Shown here: positions 39,296-55,547 of the stretch, piece after piece
Layout of the letters: each line of letters starts with the position of its first letter
How positions within the stretch are numbered: position 1 is the stretch's first letter
NCBI GenBank assembly: GCA_002269645.1
Contig: NIVC01000500.1
Location: forward strand, 1 to 64,000
DNA length: 64,000 nucleotides
DNA from: Macrostomum lignano
Lineage: Eukaryota
Direction: 5' to 3'
The notes under the pieces: model-generated
What the model saw: only the letters and a program-made list of their open reading frames with translations
Databases searched by the model: none
What the model was told of the DNA's origin: nothing
Made by a program: the position numbers and the translations under genes

Positions 39296-39849
39296 CTAAA
39301 ACAATGGTAATGCTCAAAGCACTAGGAGTTTATTAAATAAGCTGAGAAATGAACAACTATAATTACAAAGTCTCTGAAACCCGATCGCATAAAATTGAAA
39401 AGCTTCTCAGAGCAAAATTTTTATGACTAGTACGAGATTGTACATGAATGCAACTGCCCTCAGTTTTGATATTAAAATTGCGGAACAATATCAAGCTACG
39501 GCTTCAGACTGAGGCCAGCTGATTTTGATCTGGCTCAAGCCGTTGGATCGATATTTTAGATTATCTAACCACCAACTTCTCTCGCGAATTATTTATCCGG
39601 CACAATATGGCTCAAACAAAAGTAGCCAGGGAATGAATTTGCAGAAAAGTCTGAAAGACGGACTTGGAAATGCGTGCTTGGAAGATCAGAGAGTCAGTTG
39701 GACCGGCGACAAGAACAATTAAAAATAAATGAATTTCAGCAAGCTTATGCATGTGCTTGCTACACTGCTGACATTTACAGTAGAGCTGCGAACATTTTGA
39801 CGGATTTTTTTATCAAAAACTGTAACAAAAATCTTACCCACGTTGTTCC

Positions 39850-40495
39850 TCATCTCTCCCAATCTCATCTCCCTCCCTCATTGCTCCAACTCTCATCTCT
39901 CCCTCTCTCATCTCTCCCTCTCTCATCTCTCCCTCTCTCATCTCTCCCTCTCTCATCTCTCCCTCTCTTAACTCTCCCCTCTCATCTCTCCCCTCTCATC
40001 TCTCCCTCTGTCAACTCTCATCTCTACCTCTCTCATCTCTCCCTCTCTCATCTCTCCCTCTCTCATTTCTCCCTCTCTCATCTCTCCCTCTCTTAACTCT
40101 CCCCTCTCATCTCTCCCTCTCTCAACTCTCCCTCTCTCATCTCTCCCTCTCATCTCTCCCTCTCTCATCTCTCCTCTCTCATCTCTCCCTCTCTCATCTC
40201 TCCTCTCTCATCTCTCCCTCTCTCATCTCTCCTCTCTCATCTCTCCCTCTCTTAACTCTCCTTCTCTCATCTCTCCCTCTCTCATCTCTCCCCTCTCAAC
40301 TCTCCTTTTCTCATCTCTCCCTTTCTCATCTCTCCCTCTCTCATCTCTCCTTCTCTCATCTCTCCTTCTCTCATCTCTCCCTCTCTCATCTCTCCCTCTC
40401 TCATCTCTCCCTCTCTTAACTCTCCTCTCTCAACTCTCCCTCTCTCAACTCTCCCTCTCTCATCACTCCCTCTTTCATCTCCCAATTCCAATCTC
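39850..40495. repeat. 15-bp pyrimidine repeat (CATCTCTCCCTCTCT)
   Basis: Direct tandem units. Confidence 0.9.
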
Positions 40496-40827
40496 TCACA
40501 CTCTTAATAATCTACTATCTGAAAAGGCATATTGGCCATCTATCCTTCCTTGCATGTCCATGACGTAAGCAGCCAGACGCACACGTGACAGCCCGAATCA
40601 GCGATCGAGCAGAATAAAACACGACGAGCTCGGCTTAAAATACAAAGATTTGGCGTGCTCACAAGTTGCTCAATCAAACGGCTTGCCTGTTTCACATGCA
40701 GGCGCTGCTAGCCAGCGACAAAGGCTTGGAGATGATTGCTCTGTTGGAAGACTGATAACTCCGCCTCTGTGATGTCGGCAGGGCAAAGACGATTGCGAAA
40801 CCCCAGGGCCCTGGGCTCTGACCCGCA

Positions 40828-41312
<485 letters not shown>

Positions 41313-41334
41313 GTCTTTCTAAATTAAGCTACAG

Positions 41335-41368
41335 CAGCCAATAGGGTAGAGAACTCTGAGCAGCCAAT
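41335..41368 (+). promoter_or_regulatory. Two CCAAT boxes upstream of PPP1R16-like gene
   Basis: CAGCCAAT at 41335 and 41361; motif only. Confidence 0.3.
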
Positions 41369-41734
41369 GAGGAGCCGCTGAGCCCCGAAAAAAGGATCTC
41401 GAAAGCCTGAAATTCGAGTAGAAAACAGACAGCCTATTTGGCTCCCAGTTTGCAAAAGCAAATCCACAGTATTTCCGCACTGCTAGAGCTGAAAGTTGAC
41501 GCCGAGCCGCGAAGTTTTTGTCTCCCTACAGAATTCTTCTCAGCGCAGGTCGTATGAGGTTGGAAGTAAGGAAATATATAATCGTAATTTTTAACTAATA
41601 TTTTTATCTAGTAATATTTTAATGGAAGGATGTGATTTTATAGTTGCTGTACAAAATATTTCGACAGATTTAATACTGTAGACGTAAAGATACTATTGAC
41701 AATTCACAGTATGTTGTAGATCAATAGATAAAGA

Positions 41735-41960
41735 ACGGTAGATCTATAGACATTAAATGGTAGATCTATAGACAATAAACGGTAGATCTATAGACATTAA
41801 ACTGTAGATCTATAGACATTAAACTGTAGATCTATAAACTTTAAACGGTAGATCTATAGACTTTAAAGGTCGATCTATAGACTTTAACAGTCGGTCTATA
41901 GACATTAAACGGTAGATCTATAGACACAATTCTGTGCATTTAAATCAACCATCTATAGAC
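41735..41960. repeat. 22-bp repeat (TAGATCTATAGACATTAAACGG)
   Basis: Degenerate tandem units. Confidence 0.8.
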
Positions 41961-42049
41961 ATCTTTCAGTTAGACTTAATTTTTATATTGATTGCAGATT
42001 ATCGTAGACAATCTATAGATCAGGTCTCTAGACACAAGGCCGCAGATCT

Positions 42050-42266
42050 ATGGACGCGGCAGACCGGTTCAGGCAGGCTCAGAAGCGTCGGGCGCAGCAG
42101 CTGAAGCGCTACTGGCAGTGGTGCAAGTCTGGCCCCAGCAGCTCCGACATCGAGCACCAGCGACGAAGGTTGGAAAATCGTAGACGGGATGAAAATTGGC
42201 GCCAGGTTCGATTCCCGTCCAGCACCGTGCTGCTTGAGGCGGCGGCCAGAAACGACATTGAAGAGG
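42050..42266 (+). CDS. PPP1R16A: PP1 regulatory subunit 16 (MYPT3/TIMAP-like) exon 1 with RVxF motif
   Basis: AQKRRAQQLKRY...QVRFPSSTVLLEAAARNDIEE; donor G|GTTAGT; the 7 exons sum to 1437 nt (478 aa). Confidence 0.92.
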
Positions 42267-42564
42267 GTTAGTCGATTTTTTACGCATTTTTCATTGATAC
42301 ATTTTCAGCTTTGTAAAGTAACTTTCGATACATATCGGCAATTATTTTTTCAACGAGACTTTATGTAAGTTATTGGTATGAAATAGGTGCCACTCTTGGC
42401 GAGCTTTCGGCGCTCCCTAGCGTTGATTTTGGCGTCTCTTTAGCACTAAGTTTAGCGCAACACCCACTCAAGTGTGATTTCCCAGGTAAATTTCCCGCTA
42501 CCCCATAAAAATTCCAAAGTTTTTAATTCGTTCCGGCTTTCCCCTCGCTAGTTGAAATTCTGCT

Positions 42565-43326
<762 letters not shown>

Positions 43327-43424
43327 TAGGCGGCTGTTGCTATGGCTGAGCTCAGTTGCTAAGGATGCTTAATTAAAGATTTGAGTGGCTATGAGTGATA
43401 TTAGTAAGATTAAGGCTGTTGTTA

Positions 43425-43760
43425 GGGACGCTAAAGTTCCGCTTTTTAAGAAAGATGATTCTTAGTAATCGGGTTGCTAGGGACGCTAATAAAATAGAAT
43501 CGGGTTGCTAGGGACGCTAATTAAATAAAATTGGGTTACCAGGGACGCTAATTAAATAGAATCGGGTTACTAGGGACGCTAATTAAGTAGAATCGGGTTT
43601 CTAGGGACGCTAATAAAAAGAATCGGGTTGCTAGGGATGGTAATAAAATGGAATCGGGTTGCTAGGAAAGCGCTAATTAATAGAATCGGTTGCTAGGGAA
43701 GCGGTAGTTAAATGGAATCGGTTGCTAGGCACGCTAATTAAGTAGAATCATGTTGCTATT
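43425..43760. repeat. ~31-bp repeat (AATCGGGTTGCTAGGGACGCTAATTAAATAG)
   Basis: Degenerate tandem units. Confidence 0.8.
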
Positions 43761-44119
43761 AGGGCAGTAACGGAGGGACATACGAGGGACATACGCTGCG
43801 ACATACGATGAAATTGTAGCAATGAAGCTAACGCACAGAAACAGCTATGAGGCCTAGGAATTGGGACGATCGTATGCTTCTAGGGGCGCCCCAAGAGAGA
43901 TTGCGCAGCTATTGAGGACCTCATTTCCAGACGGTAGAGGGTTTCGCATTTCATCTGTCAGTCTGCGTTTGGGTTGCAAGGGAGGAGGAGCTCCAGCATC
44001 TGGTCGCTTTGGGTGCATTGTTGCTATCCGAGTGAACAAGTGAGGAAGGGAGAGACAGTACGATAAGTGAAGCTGGATGGACTTTGGGGTTGATACTTGT
44101 AGAGATGAGTAGAAATTGA

Positions 44120-44770
44120 CAGAAATGGATAGAAATGGATAGAGATGGATAGAGATGGATAGAGATGGATAGAGATAGATAGAGGTGGATAGAGGTGGAT
44201 AGAAATGGATAGAAATGGATAGAGATAGATAGAGGTGGATAGAGGTGGATAGAAATGGATAGAAATGGATAGAGATAGATAGAGGTGGATAGAGGTGGAT
44301 AGAAATGGATAGAGATGGATAGAGATGGATAGGGATGGATAGAGGTGGATAGAGGTGGATAGAAATGGATAGAGATGGATAGAGATGGATAGGGATGGAT
44401 AGAGGTGGATAGAGATGCATAGAGATGGATAGAGATGATTAGAGATGGATAGAGATGGATAGAGATGGGTAGAGTTGGATAGAGATGGATAGAGATGGAT
44501 AGAAATGGATAGAAATGGATAGAAATGGATAGAAATAGATAGAGATGGATAGAGATGGATAGAGATGAATAGAGATGGATAGAGATGGATAGAGATGGAT
44601 AGAGATGGATAGAGATGGATAGAGATGGATAGAGATGGATAGAGATGGATAGAGATGGATAGAGATGGATAGAGATGGATTTAAATGAATAGAGATAGAT
44701 AGAGATGAATAAAGATGGATAGAGATGGATAGTTTTATAGAGTTGGACATAAATGGATATAAATAGTTAT
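44120..44770. repeat. 10-bp repeat (GATAGAGATG)
   Basis: Direct tandem units. Confidence 0.92.
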
Positions 44771-45239
44771 AAATGGATATGAGTAGAGAACAACTTTTCC
44801 GTAATTTCTACCCCCACCAAATCTTGCCTAACAATTTAACCATAAATTCAAGATAGAATGCATGCAAACCAGTCAAGCCTAAAAACTCATCCACAATAAG
44901 CCGGCACTCTCAACCGTAAAACAACTATTTAAGGCTTACAGATAAATAAAGAAAAGCCCTTAATGTAGAGATCAACCAACTTTGATTCCCGAATCGGTTG
45001 TAAAAATCCTAAGCTGCGCGGCATCAACCTTGACTCTTAGCCCTCTTACTACACTGAGTCCCTGGCCCTATTCATGAGCCTCCAGGGGCGGCTGGCTTGA
45101 GATGGCAGATAAAGACCGATGAGGGACCTATGAGCAGCTGCTAAACATTGAGTAAACTCTGTCCCTGTGGATCAGGCCTCTGCTGCCGCTAGCTTATTCA
45201 ATACATTCTGACTCTTGTCTGTCTGCCCACCTGTCTGCC

Positions 45240-46385
45240 TGTATGTCTTAGTGTGTGTATTAGTGTGTGTATTAGTGTCTGTATTAGTGTCTGTATTAGT
45301 GTCTGTATAAGTGTCTGTATAAGTGTCTGTATTAGTGTCTGTATTAGTGTCTGCCTGATTATCTGTCTTATCGTCTGTATTAGTGTCTGTATTAGTGTTT
45401 GTATTAGTGTCTGTATTAGTGTCTGTATTAGTGTCTGTATTAGTGTGTGTATTAGTGTGTGTATTAGTGTCTGTATTAGTGTCTGTATTAGTGTGTGTAT
45501 TAGTGTGTGTATTAGTGTGTGTATTAGTGTCTGCATTAGTGTCTGTATTAGTGTCTGTATTAGTGTGTGTATTAGTGTCTGTATTAGTGTCTGCATTAGT
45601 GTCTGTATTAGTGTCTGTATTAGTGTCTGTATTAGTGTCTGTATTAGTGTCTGTATTAGTGTCTGTATTAGTGTCTGTATTAGTGTCTGTATTAGTGTCT
45701 GTATTAGTGTCTGTATTAGTGTCTGTATTAGTGTCTGTATTAGTGTGTGTATTAGTGTCTGTATTAGTGTCCGTATTAGTGTCTGTATTAGTGTCTGTAT
45801 TAGTGTCTGTATTAGTGTCTGTATTAGTGTCCGTATTAGTGTCTGCATTAGTGTCTGTATTAGTGTCTGTATTAGTGTGTGTATTAGTGTCTGCATTAGT
45901 GTCTGTATTAGTGTCTGTATTAGTGTCTGTATTAGTGTCTGTATTAGTGTCTGCCTGATTATCTGTCTTAGCGTCTGTATTAGTGTCTGTATTAGTGTCT
46001 GCCTGATTATCTGTCTTAGCGTCTGTATTAGTGTCTGTATTAGTGTCTGCCTGATTATCTGTCTTAGCGTCTGTATTAGTGTCTGTATTAGTGTCTGCCT
46101 GATTATCTGTCTTAGCGTCTGTATTAGTGTCTGTATTAGTGTCTGCATTAGTGTCTGTATTAGTGTCTGCATTAGTGTCTGTATTAGTGTCTGTATTAGT
46201 GTCTGCCTGATTATCTGTCTTAGCGTCTGTATTAGTGTCTGTATTAGTGTCTGCCTGATTATCTGTCTTAGCGTCTGTATTAGTGTCTGTATTAGTGTCT
46301 GCATTAGTGTCTGTATTAGTGTCTGTATTAGTGTCCGTATTAGTGTCTGTGTTAGTGTCTGTATTAGTGTCTGTATTAGTGTCTA
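45240..46385. repeat. 12-bp repeat (GTATTAGTGTCT)
   Basis: Direct tandem units. Confidence 0.93.
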
Positions 46386-46669
46386 TTTTGTAATAGTAAC
46401 TGTATTTGTGCCTGACCGACTGTCTTGAAATCAGTCTTTGAATTCCTCTTTATTTCTAATTGCGTCTCTGTCTCAGTGCGAGTCGAGCTGTCAATCTCGA
46501 GTCTGGCTAACGGGATCGAATTGAATTGACAAATTGCTCCAGCTTGTTAGAGCCCGCAGCCTCAAGCGGATTCAGCGGCCAATTAGCAGATTAAAACGCA
46601 TTTAATTTCAGCTTGGACTTCATCAAAATTTTCAGCTCGACCAATTTTAAGAATAGCGGCTTTTTTTAG

Positions 46670-47535
<866 letters not shown>

Positions 47536-47829
47536 AGGGCAATTTTTCTCATAGTGTTTAAAGTACCTGTGTCTGGAATTACCTACCCAAAAGTGGGGTG
47601 ATTTTATAATTTAACATAGTTTAAAATCAAGTTTTCAGTCAGGAGTTAAATTGCCTTTCTGATTCAGTGTTTGCTCAAGTTTTTAGTTCGTTTTTCCTAC
47701 CTTCTAAAGCAAACAGGGGAAGGGACAGAATCGAGAGAAAAGTACAAACTCCATTCTAAATCTGACTATTCAGTTCTGAAACAGAAAGAAACTTTCTTTA
47801 AACTAAACTGGGAGAGCAATCCCATGAGA

Positions 47830-48125
47830 AAATCCTGGGTACCATGAAAATCCCACAGGGAAACCCAGACTTTGAGGGAAATCCAGACTCCAAGGGAAAT
47901 CCCATAGGGAAATCCAGACTCCATGGGAAATCCCAAAGGGATCCAGAACCCGTGGGAAATCCCACAGGGAAACCCAGACTCCAAGGGAAATCCCATGCGG
48001 AAATCCCACAGGGAAATCCCATTCGGAAATCCAGACTCCAAGGGAAATCCCATACGGAAATCCAGACTCCAGGGGAAATCCCATGGGGAAACTAGAGTTA
48101 AAGGGAAATCCAAAAAATCCTTGGA
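47830..48125. repeat. GGGAAATCC-based repeat
   Basis: Degenerate tandem units. Confidence 0.8.
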
Positions 48126-48172
48126 AAAAAGCTACCAAAAATCATTCCCGAAAACCGAAAAAAAATCCCCAG

Positions 48173-48547
48173 GCGTGACGCAGGCGCAGATCGACTCGGC
48201 CAGGGACGAGCCCGAGCGCGCCATGCTGGCCGATCTGAATTCCGCGCTGGCCGAAAATCCCCAAACGGCGGCGCGCCAATTCTGGCGCCTGGACACGGCG
48301 CAGGGCGCCAATCTGCTGCACGTGGCGTGCGCCAACGGCTTCGAAAGCGTGGTCACTTTTCTGTTGGACTCGGCTGCACCGGCAACTGGCATGTCGGTTA
48401 CCATGGCAACGGAGACTCGCGATCGGGACGGCTGGACGCCGGTTCATCTGGCCGCCTGCTGGGGTCACGCCGAAGTAGCTGAGGCGCTAGCGATGCGGGG
48501 CGCCGATTTAGAAGCTGTCACTCAACGCGGCGGCAAGACGATGATTG
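48173..48547 (+). CDS. PPP1R16A: PPP1R16-like exon 4, ankyrin repeats
   Basis: CCCCAG|GC; GVTQAQID, GANLLHVACANG, DRDGWTPVHLAACWGH; G|GTGAGC. Confidence 0.92.
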
Positions 48548-48554
48548 GTGAGCA

Positions 48555-48905
48555 AGATTTTGAGATTGAGGGGTGAGATTTTGAGATTTTTTGGGTCAGA
48601 TTTTGATTCTCTATGTTTTGAGATTTAGGGTCAGATTTTGAGATTTTGAGGGTGAGATTTTGAGATTTGAAGACTTTAGATTTTGAGATTTAGGGTGAGA
48701 TTTAGAGATTTTGAGGGTGAGATTTTGAGGGTAAGATTTTGAGATTTTAAGACTTTAGACTTTGAGATTTAGGGTGAGATTTTGGGATTTTGATGATAAG
48801 ATTTTGGGCGTGAAATTTTGAGATACAAAGGTGAGATCTTTAAATTTGTGGGTGAGATTTTGAAGGTCAGATTTTAAGATTTTTAAATTTGGGGATGAGA
48901 ATTTG
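48555..48905. repeat. GGTGAGATTTTGAG-type repeat
   Basis: Degenerate tandem units directly after donor. Confidence 0.8.
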
Positions 48906-48977
48906 AGGTTGAAGGGAAGTTGCAAAGGGTTGAGTGGAACTTTCGTATTACTAATAACAACACTCAAATTTTCGCAG

Positions 48978-49104
48978 ACCTCACGGACGACCCGGCGATG
49001 AAGCAGAGGCTGGAGCAGATTCGTGCCGAGGCACAGCAGAAGCTGCTGACTCGGGTGCCCTCGGAGAGGAGCTCCTGCAGCCGGAAGGCCAGCATGAATA
49101 GAAG
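48978..49104 (+). CDS. PPP1R16A: PPP1R16-like exon 5
   Basis: TTCGCAG|AC; DLTDDPAMKQRLEQIR...SRKASMNR; weak donor GTCTGC but phase-compatible. Confidence 0.8.
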
Positions 49105-49114
49105 GTCTGCTGGG

Positions 49115-51960
49115 CAGAGTGACAGAGTGACAAAAATAGATAGAATGAATAAGAAAGTGAAGGAGAGGGAGGGATAGAGAGAAACAGAGTGAGAAAAAAG
49201 TGACAAACAGGAGTCGTACGACACAGAGGTAGAGTGACACAGAGAGTGAAGGAGAGAGAGTGACAGAGTGAGGTGGAGTGACAAACAGGGGTAGTGTAAC
49301 ACAGAGGTAGAGTGACAGGAAAGAGAGTGATAGAGTGAGGTGGAGTGACAAACAGGGGTAGTGTGACACAGAGGTAGAGTGACAGGAAAGAGAGTGATAG
49401 AGTGAGGTGGAGTGACAAACAGGGGTAGTGTGACACAGAGGTAGAGTGACAGGAAAGAGAGTGACAGAGTGAGGTGGAGTGACAAACAGGGGTAGTGTGA
49501 CACAGAGGTAGAGTGACAGGAAAGAGAGTGATAGAGTGAGGTGGAGTGACAAACAGGGGTAGTGTGACACAGAGGTAGAGTGACAGGAAAGAGAGTGATA
49601 GAGTGAGGTGGAGTGACAAACAGGGGTAGTGTGACACAGAGGTAGAGTGACAGGAAAGAGAGTGATAGAATGAGGTGGAGTGACAAACAGGGGTAGTGTG
49701 ACACAGAGGTAGAGTGACAGGAAAGAGAGTGACAGAGTGAGGTGGAGTGACAAACAGGGGTAGTGTGACACAGAGGTAGAGTGACAGGAAAGAGAGTGAT
49801 AGAGTGAGGTGGAGTGACAAACAGGCGTAGTGTGACACAGAGGTAGAGTGACAGGAAAGAGAGTGATAGAGTGAGGTGGAGTGACAAACAGGGGTAGTGT
49901 GACACAGAGGTAGAGTGACAGGAAAGAGAGTGATAGAGTGAGGTGGAGTGACAAACAGGGGTAGTGTGACACAGAGGTAGAGGGTCAAAGAGAGTGATAG
50001 AGTGAGGTGGAGTGACAAACAGGGGTAGTGTGACACAGAGGTAGAGGGTCAAAGAGAGTGATAGAGTGAGGTGGAGTGACAAACAGGGGTAGTGTGACAC
50101 AGAGGTAGAGTGACAGGAAAGAGAGTGATAGAGTGAGGTGGAGTGACAAACAGGGGTAGTGTGACACAGAGGTAGAGGGTCAAAGAGAGTGATAGAGTGA
50201 GGTGGAGTGACAAACAGGGGTAGTGTGACACAGAAGTAGAGTGACAGGAAAGAGAGTGATAGAGTGAGATGGAGTGACAAACAGGGGTAGTGTGACACAG
50301 AGGTAGAGTGACAGGAAAGAGAGTGATAGAGTGAGGTGGAGTGACAAACAGGGGTAGTGTGACACAGAGGTAGAGTGACAGGAAAGAGAGTGATAGAGTG
50401 AGGTGGAGTGACAAACAGGGGTAGTGTGACACAGAGGTAGAGTGACAGGAAAGAGAGTGATAGAGTGAGGTGGAGTGACAAACAGGGGTAGTGTGACACA
50501 GAGGTAGAGTGACAGGAAAGAGAGTGATAGAGTGAGGTGGAGTGACAAACAGGGGTAGTGTGACACAGAGGTAGAGTGACAGGAAAGAGAGTGACAGAGT
50601 GAGGTGGAGTGACAAACAGGGTAGTGTGACACAGAGGTAGAGTGACAGGAAAGAGAGTGATAGAGTGAGGTGGAGTGACAAACAGGGGTAGTGTGACACA
50701 GAGGTAGAGTGACAGGAAAGAGAGTGATAGAATGAGGTGGAGTGACAAACAGGGGTAGTGTGACACAGAGGTAGAGGGTCAAAGAGAGTGATAGAGTGAG
50801 TTGGAGTGACAAACAGGGGTAGTGTGACACAGAGGTAGAGTGACAGGAAAGAGAGTGATAGAGTGAGGTGGAGTGACAAACAGGGGTAGTGTGACACAGA
50901 GGTAGAGGGTCAAAGAGAGTGATAGAGTGAGGTGGAGTGACAAACAGGGGTAGTGTGACACAGAGGTAGAGTGACAGGAAAGAGAGTGATAGAGTGAGGT
51001 GGAGTGACAAACAGGGGTAGTGTGACACAGAGGTAGAGTGACAGGAAAGAGAGTGATAGAGTGAGGTGGAGTGACAAACAGGGGTAGTGTGACACAGAGG
51101 TAGAGTGACAGGAAAGAGAGTGACAGAGTGAGGTGGAGTGACAAACAGGGGTAGTGTGACACAGAGGTAGAGGGTCAAAGAGAGTGATAGAGTGAGGTGG
51201 AGTGACAAACAGGGGTAGTGTGACACAGAGGTAGAGTGACAGGAAAGAGAGTGACAGAGTGAGGTGGAGTGACAAACAGGGGTAGTGTGACACAGAGGTA
51301 GAGTGACAGGAAAGAGAGTGATAGAGTGAGGTGGAGTGACAAACAGGGGTAGTGTGACACAGAGGTAGAGTGACAGGAAAGAGAGTGATAGAATGAGGTG
51401 GAGTGACAAACAGGGGTAGTGTGACACAGAGGTAGAGGGTCAAAGAGAGTGATAGAGTGAGTTGGAGTGACAAACAGGGGTAGTGTGACACAGAGGTAGA
51501 GTGACAGGAAAGAGAGTGATAGAGTGAGGTGGAGTGACAAACAGGGGTAGTGTGACACAGAGGTAGAGGGTCAAAGAGAGTGATAGAGTGAGGTGGAGTG
51601 ACAAACAGGGGTAGTGTGACACAGAGGTAGAGTGACAGGAAAGAGAGTGATAGAGTGAGGTGGAGTGACAAACAGGGGTAGTGTGACACAGAGGTAGAGT
51701 GACAGGAAAGAGAGTGATAGAGTGAGGTGGAGTGACAAACAGGGGTAGTGTGACACAGAGGTAGAGTGACAGGAAAGAGAGTGATAGAGTGAGGTGGAGT
51801 GACAAACAGGGGTAGTGTGACACAGAGGTAGAGTGACAGGAAAGAGAGTGATAGAGTGAGGTGGAGTGACAAACAGGGGTAGTGTGACACATGTGACACA
51901 TAGGTAGAGTGACAGAGACGTAGAGTGTCAAATAGAGTGACAGAGAGGGTGACAGAGAGA
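49115..51960. repeat. 65-67 bp satellite, ~2.8 kb
   Basis: Period 67 (49332 to 49399); 65-bp variant with AGGGTCAAAG. Confidence 0.95.
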
Positions 51961-52353
51961 GCGACAGATTTCGCAGGCAATGTTAAAGCCATGGCAGAAG
52001 AATCTGTGGCAGCAGCAAAATCTCTCCAACAGCAGCCTCCATCGCTTGTATTTATCCAACCACCTGAGTGCGACAAGCGGCAAAGGAAATTACAAGGCAT
52101 TACCAGACCCAGGAATCGACTCTGGACCCACAAAAAAATCGCAGATATTGTGATTGATTGCCATACGAGCCAACGGGTGAAAGTTTGCTTTGCTCTCCGC
52201 CTGGATTTCCAACCACGTCACCAAGGACCGCTAGTAGTAGTCCTTGCGCAACTCCGCCCGGAACTGAACAGCGTAGCATAGCCCAGGCACAGAAAATTGC
52301 TTTATCAAGCTCAAAAGATTCAACTCGAACATCCGCAACTCCATCTTTATCAG

Positions 52354-52468
52354 CGCCTCTGTTCGCCGCTCGTCTATGAAGGAGAAGAGCATGATGAAGA
52401 AGAAGGAGGCGCAGCAGGAGGCCCGGATGCTGCCATTCAATGCTAACGAGGGCACTGAGGCGGGAACG
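52354..52468 (+). CDS. PPP1R16A: PPP1R16-like exon 6
   Basis: TTATCAG|C; [24 protein letters not shown]; ACG|GTGAGT. Confidence 0.85.
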
Positions 52469-52475
52469 GTGAGTG

Positions 52476-52981
<506 letters not shown>

Positions 52982-53004
52982 CTAGTTTCCCACAATCCGC
53001 CCAG

Positions 53005-53286
53005 AATCCAATCGTCGCTGCGGCAGTGCCAGACGTCACCATCGAAGTTGTGGACGAAGACGCCGCCATTGGCTCAACAGACAAGTCCAGCCCGCTGACA
53101 GACAGGCAGGCAGACAGGCAGGCAGACAGACAGACAGACAGTCTCCATGGCAACCAGAGCAGCCACACGCCGGAGCGCAAGCCGCTGAAGCCCATAATGA
53201 GTTCCTCGAGGCTGAGGCCCGACAGACGGCAGTCCGAAACCAGCAGGCCGAAATGCAGCGCCGACAACTGCTGCCTGCTGCAATAG
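53005..53286 (+). CDS. PPP1R16A: PPP1R16-like last exon ending in CaaX (CCLLQ)
   Basis: CGCCCAG|AAT is the phase-compatible acceptor; ends [11 protein letters not shown], as expected for prenylated PPP1R16 proteins. Confidence 0.82.
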   Translation, partial: NPIVAAAVPDVTIEVVDEDAAIGSTDKSSPLTDRQADRQADRQTDSLHGNQSSHTPERKPLKPIMSSSRLRPDRRQSETSRPKCSADNCCLLQ

Positions 53287-53844
53287 TCGATGGCCCTGCT
53301 TTGCACCTGTGCACTCTCTGGCTTAAGGGGATTCGCAGGCTCCACATTCGACTTTTAGTTTCGAGCTTTTGCAGTTTTGAAGTCGTGCAGTTTTGATGTC
53401 GTGTTGTTTTGAGCCAGTGATCCAGTTGCATGAGCTCCATCTGGAGTCAGCAAACAAATTTCTATCTGTAATGTTGGATATTCTTTTGTCTGGTTTATTT
53501 TTTCTATGTCGCTAAATAAAGGAAACCATAGGACTAACAAAAATATCAAAATGTAACGCTTCGAGTTCGAAAAGTGCTGAGCCTTGAATTTGTTGCCAGG
53601 CCAGATAAAGAACTGCACTATTTAAACGGGTCATCTGCATGCTGTGTGTACTCCGCAATAGGACATTGGTGGCTATCTATATGGCAACCTTGGCTGCCAG
53701 GGTTCAAATCGGGACACGACCTTTTCGCGTGTATTTTTATGCATGTCACTTCTGAATCGGCTTTCTTCAAGCACGAGTTTCTGAGCAAGGCGCTCAATGG
53801 GGGTTGAGACGCTTGAAGGACTCAGTGACTTTTAAAGGTGATAT

Positions 53845-54735
53845 TCCACCCTGTCTAACAGGTGCCACCCTACCCTGTCTAACAGGTGCCACCCTACCCT
53901 ATCTAACAGGTGCCACTCTACCCTAACAGGTGCCACCCTACCCTGCCTAACAGGTGTCACCCTACCTTGTCTAACAGGTGCCACTCTACCCTAACAGATG
54001 CCACCCTACCCTGTCTAACAGATGCCACCCTACCCTGTCTAACAGATGCCACCCTACCCTGTCTAACAGGTGTCACCCTACCCTGTCTAACAGGTGCCAC
54101 CCTACCCTGTCTAACAGATGCCACTCTACCCTAACAGGTGCCACCCTACCCTGTCTAACAGGTGTCACCCTACCCTGTCTAACAGGTGCCACCCTACCCT
54201 GTCTAACAGGTGCCACTCTACCCTAACAGGTGCCACCTTACCCTGTCTAACAGGTGCCACCCTACCCTGTCTAACAGGTGCCACCCGACCCTGTCTAACA
54301 GGTGCCACCCTACCCTGTCTAACAGGTGCCACCCGACCCTGTCTAACAGGTGCCACCCTACCCTGTCTAACAGATGCCACCTACCCTGTCTAACAGGTGC
54401 CACCCTACCCTGTCTAACAGGTGCCACCCTACCCTGTCTAACAGGTGCCACCTTACCCTGTCTAACAGGTGCCACCCTACCCTGTCTAACAGGTGTCAAC
54501 CCTACCTTGTCTAACAGGTGCCACCCGACCCTGTCTAACAGGTGCCACCCTACCCTGTCTAACAGGTGCCACCCTACCCTGTCTAACAGGTGTCAACCCT
54601 ACCTTGTCTAACAGGTGCCACCCGACCCTGTCTAACAGGTGCCACCCTACCCTGTCTAACAGGTGCCACTCTACCCTGTCTAACAGATGCCAACCTACCC
54701 TGTCTAACAGGTGCCACCCTACCCTGTCTAACAAC
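53845..54735. repeat. 24-bp minisatellite (CCTACCCTGTCTAACAGGTGCCAC)
   Basis: Direct tandem units. Confidence 0.93.
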
Positions 54736-55161
54736 TGTGCATAACATAATCTGAACAAAAAATTAGAAACACAATATCTGTTTCCAGAAAGGTGACCACC
54801 TTTAAATAAGTTGACTTGAGAGACCAATAATCCTGTTTGCTCATATTAAATGTTAATGTCATTGGGGCCTGCCAGTAATGCACTAAAATAGCTCTGCAAT
54901 CAAATATCAGATGGCTTTTTAAAAAATGCCTAAAAACACTGCAGCTTACAAAACCGAATAGCCCCACTTCAGGGCGAAAGCTTTTGCTTTTGTGCATGAG
55001 CTGTGGTTTATCAAGCGGATCTTATCTCGGCCTTCTGAGCTGGCAGCGGCTTTTTGCACCAGCCTATGTGGCGAAAGCAATTTAAAACTTGCTTCAAAAA
55101 AGCAGCAAAGAAGCCCCGGGAAAAAAGCGATATAGCAAGAGCCGATTAATTTATTTTTATA

Positions 55162-55465
55162 ATGGCTACCAATAGTTCAATTTCACAGCAACTGACCATC
55201 GTGTGTCTGTTGTTGGCCAGTTCTGTGGCTGCCAGACCAACCGGCACAGGTCACAGAATGGTATTAGACCGAAGTATTCGATTGCTATTCGAATGCCCGT
55301 CTCAGCATGGCAACGAATTCGCTGTTCAGTACCTGCCCAAGGTGTGGCAGCGGGTGAACTCCAGCCTGGCAGAACTGAGTCACCAGATGGCTGCGTGCGA
55401 CCAGACCTTCAACAGTTCGCCGAACACCCCTGCCTGTCTGGCAGCGAGCGGTGGGCTTCTTAAAG
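55162..55465 (+). CDS. Receptor PTP-like protein exon 1 (signal peptide, ectodomain)
   Basis: MATNSSISQQLTIVCLLLASSVAA hydrophobic leader; AAA G|GTATAG; three exons total 1758 nt (585 aa). Confidence 0.72.
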
Positions 55466-55547
55466 GTATAGGATTGGGGCTGTTGCCGGGGCTATAGCTG
55501 TTCTGCGTGTGTTTGTGATCCATGTTCACCTCGCCATCCGTTAGAAT

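Noticed and set aside
52986-53004. CCTAG| at 52985 as acceptor of the last PPP1R16 exon
   Set aside because: Puts the CaaX ending out of frame with the phase-0 donor at 52468; acceptor at 53004 fits.
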